A stretch of DNA of 64,000 bases, taken from positions 9,997-73,996 of the forward strand of contig CAJXLA010000001.1 of the NCBI GenBank assembly GCA_913055795.1, read 5' to 3'. Positions within the stretch are counted from its first letter, which is position 1. Each line of letters starts with the position of its first letter. The position numbers were made by a program, and so were the translations under genes. Under the pieces are notes generated by a model, which worked only from the letters and a program-made list of their open reading frames with translations, was not told where the DNA came from and made no database searches. Of the stretch, positions 58,665-64,000 are shown piece by piece. Source of the DNA: an uncultured Alcanivorax sp. GTDB lineage: Bacteria; Pseudomonadota; Gammaproteobacteria; Pseudomonadales; Alcanivoracaceae.

Positions 58665-60698
58665 TCAGGCGCCGGCGTGCTCTTCCGGTGCGGGGTTGTG
58701 CGTGATGGTCACCTCCCCCGTACCGCCATCCAGAACTACACCCGTGCCTTCCGGCAGGCAGTGCATGGCGTCATCGAGGCCGCGCACGGCGGGTATGCCC
58801 AGTTCCCGAGCGAGGGCGGCCGCTGAATCAAGCGCATCCTCACTGGCCAGCACCAGCCCGGAGGCCAGGCAGAGCCAGGGCAGCCAGCCCGGATCACACT
58901 GATCCAGTACCACCACGTCCCCGGGCTCGATCCGGGAAAGCTCCCAGGCGGAATGCAGGCGGCGTGTACAGCCTTCGACCCGGCCGGGCACCCAGGCGCG
59001 CCCGCGCAACAAGGGGTGGGTCTGCCCTTCCAGATTGATGCCGTAGCCCACCTGATCCATGATCCAGTCCGGCGCGCCCTGATGGGCATCGCTCATGTAG
59101 CGCAGCTTGCGCTGACCCAGTCCATCGGCATTGACGCCGCCCTGCCCGTTCCAGACCTGCCAGAACTCGTCAAAATAGAGGAAAAACACATCCTCGGGCC
59201 GTTGCAGCAAGCCCTCGTCCACCAGAATCGCGGCCATGCGCATCAACTGACGGCGCAGAACCGCGCCCAGCCGATACCGCAGACCCCGGGCCCGGGCGCG
59301 AAGCACCAGCGCTTCCGGAGGCCGGTGATCGCTGTCCAGCGCCAGCAGGGCACGACAGCGTTCCGGCCCCAGCGCCTCAAGGGTCCTCAGTTCCCCCGGA
59401 TTATCGCGAAAGCGCGGCAGCACCGGATCCGCACCGGCGGAGGCATCCGGCACCGCTTCGCACAAGGTGGCGGCCGCCGGCGTACGCCCCAGCGTGCACA
59501 ACACCTGCAGTTCGACCGGCGCCAACAATGACGCCAGCGGGACAGTCTCCTCTTCCAATGCGGCCGCTGGTACGCGCAAGTAATTGATAACGCCCTCTTC
59601 CCGCGCCAGACGCTCACCCAGCCGATCCAGGTGAATCAGAAATTGCCATAACTGGTCGCGGGACGAATCCGCGGCCGGGATCGGCGAAGCCGCGAGGGCT
59701 CGCTCCAGGCGCCGCAACTGCCATCCCGACCAGAGTTCGGCCGTGCGCGAGCACAGACGCCGCACACGCCGATCCGTATCCGGGGGCCCTCCATCGCGCC
59801 ACGCCGGCGGGAGCGTCTGTTCCAGTGCCGAAACCGGATGCAGACGGTGCAGTTCACGCAGGAAGCGGGCATTGCTGTAGATATGGCTGTGCACCCGGCG
59901 ATAGGGTTCGAGATTTTCCATCTCGGTCCAGCCCAGACGCCGGCCCAGATTGCGCCAGAAATGGACCTTGAGCCAGCGGCTCTCCAGGGTGTACCAGAGC
60001 GGACTGACCACCTGGGTCCACAACCCCATGCCGTGGCGCCGCGTCCAGACCTCTACAGGGCTGGGCAGGCTGCCCACCGGCAGGCTCTGCAGCAGCCACA
60101 GCTGTTCGCCGTCCCAGATCCATTCACAGGCCTGGGGGACGTCGGTCCAGCGGGTAAGCTGCTGCACCAGCTCCAGAAAGGGGGTGCCCCCGATGCGGGG
60201 CAACGCTCCGGTGTCGCTGCGCGACCAGGCGATCTCGCCGGAGCGCTGGAGAATCATGCGCTCTTTCTCTTCGCCGTCCTCGGCCATGCCCTCGACCACG
60301 ATATGATCCAGATCCGGGCGCATGGGGTGGCGGCTGAACAACACGCCGGCGGCACGGCGCGCCGGCAGCGACTGGATTACCACCTCCTCGGGGGCGTGAT
60401 CCGAGCCGAAGAACTGTTCCAGCGCCGCCGCCAGAGCCGCATCACTGTCCAGGTTGGCAAGATTGCGCCGCAAGGATTCCGGATTCACCGTGCCCTGTTG
60501 CATGACCCAGTAACGGTGCTCGTCCGGATGCGTAAGCTCACTCAGGGCCGCGATCAGCTCGCCCGGGGCGGCATCTACCACATCCGCGCGGTGGACGCGC
60601 CAACTCGGAGGCACGGGTAGACCTGCGGCGGCCCAGCGTTGCAGCGGCCAGGCTTGTTCATCGGAATCCGGGGCCAGGGGTTCAATGTGCATGATCAC
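58665..60698 (-). CDS. PEP-utilising-enzyme-like protein (PPDK_N-like N-terminus, swivel-domain C-terminus) lacking the phospho-histidine
   Basis: 677 aa. The C-terminus EPGDVVVLDQCDPGWLPWLCLASGLVLASEDALDSAAALARELGIPAVRG aligns without gaps to the ppsA swivel domain in this window. The catalytic H is replaced by S, and GGxT by EDxL. The N-terminus has WAAAGLPVPP and RRAAGVLFSRHP, resembling the ATP-grasp part. Confidence 0.7.
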   Translation of the reverse strand: MIMHIEPLAPDSDEQAWPLQRWAAAGLPVPPSWRVHRADVVDAAPGELIAALSELTHPDEHRYWVMQQGTVNPESLRRNLANLDSDAALAAALEQFFGSDHAPEEVVIQSLPARRAAGVLFSRHPMRPDLDHIVVEGMAEDGEEKERMILQRSGEIAWSRSDTGALPRIGGTPFLELVQQLTRWTDVPQACEWIWDGEQLWLLQSLPVGSLPSPVEVWTRRHGMGLWTQVVSPLWYTLESRWLKVHFWRNLGRRLGWTEMENLEPYRRVHSHIYSNARFLRELHRLHPVSALEQTLPPAWRDGGPPDTDRRVRRLCSRTAELWSGWQLRRLERALAASPIPAADSSRDQLWQFLIHLDRLGERLAREEGVINYLRVPAAALEEETVPLASLLAPVELQVLCTLGRTPAAATLCEAVPDASAGADPVLPRFRDNPGELRTLEALGPERCRALLALDSDHRPPEALVLRARARGLRYRLGAVLRRQLMRMAAILVDEGLLQRPEDVFFLYFDEFWQVWNGQGGVNADGLGQRKLRYMSDAHQGAPDWIMDQVGYGINLEGQTHPLLRGRAWVPGRVEGCTRRLHSAWELSRIEPGDVVVLDQCDPGWLPWLCLASGLVLASEDALDSAAALARELGIPAVRGLDDAMHCLPEGTGVVLDGGTGEVTITHNPAPEEHAGA

Positions 60699-61443
60699 GA
60701 CGCCCTGCCCGGGCCAGCGCTGCCCCGATCCGATAACCCGCTGCGTGGAGCACGGGCGTCAGTACAAGACCGGGAATGGCAATCTGAACGGCCAGCCCGC
60801 CGAACAGGACCGGAGCCTTCATCAGGGTACTCATCAGTGATTCCTGCCAGTAAAAAAACCAGGGATGCTCCGGTGGGAAAATCCACTCGTGCAAGGTGTT
60901 GAAAACCGCCTCGGGCCCGGCGATCGCCAGCGGGGCCACCACCGCCAGGGCCAGCACAGCGCTGGCCTGCAACCGAACCTTGCGCGACGGTGTGCCCAGC
61001 CAGCGCCCCACTAATGCCAGCGGCAACCATAGCAAGGCCACGGCCACCGAGACCAGCAGGAGCCACTCCAGCAAATCGGCCACATCGCGTAAATGATTGA
61101 TTTCATCCTGATTCAACAGCCGAATGTCGCCTCCGGCCGGGCCGGGATACCGGATCTGTGTGAGCCCCGCACCGCCGCTGTGCACGGCCTGGCTGATTTG
61201 CGTGAAAGCCCGGTAATGCTGTTCCGGCGGCAATTGCGCGAACCCGGGTTTTGCCGGATTCTGGGGCGCATACTCGTTGATGTGGCCTTCGATATCCAGA
61301 GCTTGATACCAGAACGGATACGCATAATCGAAGCAGGCACTCAACCACCACGACAGCAAGAGCCCCAGCCAGAGACAGGTCAGGGCATACAACAGCCAGC
61401 TCAGCCGGGCGGGGAGGTGGTCGAAAATGGCAGGACGCGTCAT
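60682..61443 (-). CDS. DUF1461 (Lit-like) integral membrane protein
   Basis: 253 aa, polytopic. The 3' end overlaps the downstream PEP-utilising-like gene by 17 nt. Family assignment is from memory of TIGR01906/DUF1461 proteins. Confidence 0.6.
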   Translation of the reverse strand: MTRPAIFDHLPARLSWLLYALTCLWLGLLLSWWLSACFDYAYPFWYQALDIEGHINEYAPQNPAKPGFAQLPPEQHYRAFTQISQAVHSGGAGLTQIRYPGPAGGDIRLLNQDEINHLRDVADLLEWLLLVSVAVALLWLPLALVGRWLGTPSRKVRLQASAVLALAVVAPLAIAGPEAVFNTLHEWIFPPEHPWFFYWQESLMSTLMKAPVLFGGLAVQIAIPGLVLTPVLHAAGYRIGAALARAGRRDHAH

Positions 61444-61552
61444 AATTGGCCGTTCTGTCGATGCCGGAATCCGGGAGCTCTGCCATCGCCGGAGCCGGAT
61501 GAATCAAAGCGCGCAAAACACAGCAAGTATAATAACCAGAGGAACAACGCCC

Positions 61553-63208
61553 ATGCGAGCAGGACTGGCGTTACTGTCATTACTGATCCTGGCCGGCTGC
61601 GCCACCACGCGGGAACTCCCCCAGGCGCCCGACGGACCCGCCCAACAGGCGCTGGAACAGGATTACTATCACGTCGATATCCCCACCCATGACGGCAAGG
61701 AACTCAAGGCCACGGTCTATCAGCCGGAACTGGCCGCCGGCGAAACCGCGCCCGTGGTGATTGCTACCCACGGGTTCGGCATTTCACGCGCGAAGCGTCC
61801 CTGGTCCTTTCACGGCCAATGGATGATCACCGGTGAAGCCGCGCTCAAGGCCTGGAAACAGGGCTACTGGGTTGTTTATTACGATCAGCGTGGCTGGGGC
61901 GACAGCGAGGGCGTGGTCCGCATGATGGATCCGGACTACGAGGTCCGTGACGTATCCAGCGTGATCGACTGGACTCTGGAGCACATCCCGGCGGTCAAAG
62001 AGCTGAACGATGGCGACCCGGCCCTGGGCATGATTGGCGAGTCCTATGGGGGCGGCGCACAGACCATGGCGAGCTTCGAGGACCCGCGGCTGGAAGCACT
62101 GGTGCCCATTGCCACCTGGCATGATCTCAATGCCCTGGCACCCAATGGCCACATGCGCACCAACTGGGGCGCTCACCTTTTCAGCATCGGGGCCTTCGCC
62201 AGCGGTTTCGACATCGGTTTCATGGTGCAAAAGCCCATGCGTAGCGGTTTTACGGGCACCGTGAGTCACGCGGCGCAACGCAAGATGCGCAAGCACAGCC
62301 CCGTGCACTATTGCGAGGATGAGCAATACCCGCAAGCAGATGCCCTCTTTGTCCAGGGTTTCCGCGACAGCGTCTTTCCGCTCCAGGAAGGGCTCGACAA
62401 CCGCGCATGCTTCGAGGCGGGCGGCAATGACGCCCGCATGCTGGCGATTCAAGGGGGGCATATCCTGCCCTGGCCGGTTCAGAAATTTTCCGGTAAGCCC
62501 CTGTTCAACACCGAGGATGAAATCCGGTGCGGCCAGCAGGAGCCGGTCAAGCTCGAGGACTTGATTCTGCACTGGTGGGACGAAAAACTGCGCGGCGAGG
62601 AACGCCAGGTACCGGAGTTTTGCGTCACCCTGAACGAAGAGGGTGAAGGTCAGGCCATGAAGCGCTTCCCCAGCGGTGGCGAGGAATTCATGCTGCCCGA
62701 CAGCAAGGTGCATCTGCCGCTGGCGGGCATGTTCGAGTGGCTCATGATTCCCATGGATGTGGGTTTCGATCTCTGGCGCAAGGTCTGGTGGTCGGGCGCG
62801 GATTACCGCATGAAAAAGCCCGACGGCGGGATTGGCCGACCCAAGTTCGTGCCGCTGTACATTGCGCATGAAGACGAACGGTTGCTGGGCATCCCGGAAA
62901 TCGATATTCGCCTGGACTCAACGGCGTCGAAGATCACGGCCAAGGCCTTCGTCGGGGTGGGTGTGCAGGAAGCCGGCATGCGCCGGGTTCATGTGGCCAG
63001 CGAACAGCTGACCCCGTTGCCCGGCAAGGGGGTCTACAAGCAGGAGCTACCCGCCGTGTCGCGCAAGCTGGACCACGGAGACCGGGTGGGCCTGGTCATC
63101 TATGGCTATACCTGGCAGTTCTTCACCAATCCCAGTTACTGGCACAACGTGGCGCGTCTCGGAGGGGATGTTTACCTGCCTATTCTGGGGCCCGCGGATG
63201 AATCCTGA
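61553..63208 (+). CDS. CocE/NonD (S15 X-Pro dipeptidyl-peptidase-like) alpha/beta hydrolase lipoprotein
   Basis: Track ORF trimmed to ATG 61553 (MRAGLALLSLLILAGC lipobox) after GAGGA. TATAAT lies at 61528-33. Nucleophile elbow GESYGG, followed by a large C-terminal beta-domain. Confidence 0.75.
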   Translation: MRAGLALLSLLILAGCATTRELPQAPDGPAQQALEQDYYHVDIPTHDGKELKATVYQPELAAGETAPVVIATHGFGISRAKRPWSFHGQWMITGEAALKAWKQGYWVVYYDQRGWGDSEGVVRMMDPDYEVRDVSSVIDWTLEHIPAVKELNDGDPALGMIGESYGGGAQTMASFEDPRLEALVPIATWHDLNALAPNGHMRTNWGAHLFSIGAFASGFDIGFMVQKPMRSGFTGTVSHAAQRKMRKHSPVHYCEDEQYPQADALFVQGFRDSVFPLQEGLDNRACFEAGGNDARMLAIQGGHILPWPVQKFSGKPLFNTEDEIRCGQQEPVKLEDLILHWWDEKLRGEERQVPEFCVTLNEEGEGQAMKRFPSGGEEFMLPDSKVHLPLAGMFEWLMIPMDVGFDLWRKVWWSGADYRMKKPDGGIGRPKFVPLYIAHEDERLLGIPEIDIRLDSTASKITAKAFVGVGVQEAGMRRVHVASEQLTPLPGKGVYKQELPAVSRKLDHGDRVGLVIYGYTWQFFTNPSYWHNVARLGGDVYLPILGPADES

Positions 63209-64000
63209 CCCAGTCGCCCTGGTCGGTACGCAGGGAGGCGTACCGTTGTGGCGGCAGGCCGTGGAAGGACTGGTCGAATAACAGTTTGACGGCGAAGCGC
63301 ATCTTGTCGTCGGGCGGCCAGCCCCGGATCTGATAGCCCAGGTTGGGCAACTGCCCCGGATACCGTTCCGGTTTTACCTCCTTGTCCTCGTTATCCTGAT
63401 AGATCAGCCCCAGCGGAATACCGGACAACGGCTTGGGCACCTCCAACAGGGTTAACAGCGAAAAGTTCTTGCCCGAGTCGAACAGGATCCAGTCCTCATC
63501 CGTGCTCAGTCCCCGCTCCACGAGCTTGCGTTCCTGGTTGTCCATACGGCCGTCCACCCGACCCACCAGATCCCCCGCGCGCGCTGTTTTGACCCGGGCA
63601 CCATATTGCTCGTGGCCGTCCATGGATACGGACACCCGGGGTTCTTTCAACGTAGCCCGGTACATAAACGGGATCTCGGCATAGGTGTGTGCTTCATAGT
63701 GCGCGGGATAGCGCAGCGCCTGCACCTGCATGGTCATCACCGGAATGCCGGAGATCACCACCCGGGTCTCCAGGTGCATGACCGAACGGATGGGCCCGGT
63801 CTTGAGCCCCAGCAGCCGGGGATCCAGATTGCGATTGGTGAGCGTCATGCGGGTGAACCGGCTCAAGACACCCGCCGACATGCGCATTTTCAGCGTATCG
63901 ATAATGGAGCCATCGCCTTCGTAGCCGCGATAGCCCAGATGCCGCCAGTTCAGTTCGTTCTCCGGGTCCACCTCCAGCCGGTACCAGGGGGTACGGGTGA
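63180..64000 (-). CDS. Hypothetical protein, 5' end beyond the window
   Basis: The track ORF 63180..63971 begins at an internal GTG. The frame stays open to position 64000 (...TRTPWYRLEVDPENELNWRHLGYRG...). No family recognised. Its 3' end overlaps the convergent hydrolase gene by 29 nt. Confidence 0.55.
   Translation of the reverse strand, partial: TRTPWYRLEVDPENELNWRHLGYRGYEGDGSIIDTLKMRMSAGVLSRFTRMTLTNRNLDPRLLGLKTGPIRSVMHLETRVVISGIPVMTMQVQALRYPAHYEAHTYAEIPFMYRATLKEPRVSVSMDGHEQYGARVKTARAGDLVGRVDGRMDNQERKLVERGLSTDEDWILFDSGKNFSLLTLLEVPKPLSGIPLGLIYQDNEDKEVKPERYPGQLPNLGYQIRGWPPDDKMRFAVKLLFDQSFHGLPPQRYASLRTDQGDWVRIHPRAPE

Noticed and set aside
63180-63208. 29-nt 3'-end overlap of two convergent genes, considered as an antisense regulatory feature.
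   Set aside because: Small convergent overlaps are common in compact GC-rich genomes, and no structure or motif is evident.

Overview
GC-rich chromosomal segment with strong GC3 bias, probably from a proteobacterium (gammaproteobacterial-looking gene content). It is densely packed with about 50 protein genes. I found no rRNA, tRNA, CRISPR array, integrase, transposase or prophage genes. Most long ORFs in the track that lie antisense to a recognisable gene are GC-driven shadow ORFs and were discarded. Several starts were moved to internal ATG/GTG codons with Shine-Dalgarno support, by counting residues from the track coordinates.

Gene content in window order:
- Slipin/NfeD pair. The slipin is cut by the left edge and is missing from the track.
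- RND efflux permease plus adaptor.
- An unclear region of three chained short ORFs.
- A Cys-motif protein, a decayed CDF transporter and an NYN ribonuclease-like protein.
- Bcr/CflA MFS exporter and a CPA1 antiporter with an RCK domain.
- A long minus-strand array. It holds an AGPS-like FAD oxidase, a GlpD-like dehydrogenase and an FGGY kinase, then a secreted protein, then a GMC oxidoreductase, small subunit, aldehyde dehydrogenase and fold-type-III PLP enzyme.
- OmpA lipoprotein.
- Diiron oxygenase, two PaaI thioesterases and a divergent class-III PhaC-like Cys hydrolase.
- ParA-like ATPase, DUF1232 and DUF805 operon.
- Orphan P450, gor, an FMN GltB-like protein, a lytic transglycosylase, ppsA and yaaA.
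- A membrane protein, a MITE, an MBL hydrolase and alkB.
- A 1306-aa PilZ-DUF1631-GGDEF-EAL protein.
- prc, an ABC1 kinase, pntAA-pntAB-pntB, a DUF481 outer-membrane protein, mscS and metH.
- A PEP-utilising-like protein lacking the phospho-His, plus a DUF1461 protein.
- A CocE/NonD-type lipoprotein hydrolase and an edge-truncated hypothetical gene.

Many adjacent genes are translationally coupled through ATGA or TGATG overlaps.

I do not see a clear-cut new multi-gene system such as a defence island. The most unusual items are:
- A 264-bp MITE inserted exactly in a stop codon.
- A family of heptad-periodic inverted-arm elements in convergent intergenic regions.
- The His-less PEP-utilising-like / DUF1461 pair.
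- The ParA-DUF1232-DUF805 operon.
- Two uncharacterised redox operons.

All functional calls rest on motifs I recognised by eye. No database search was run.
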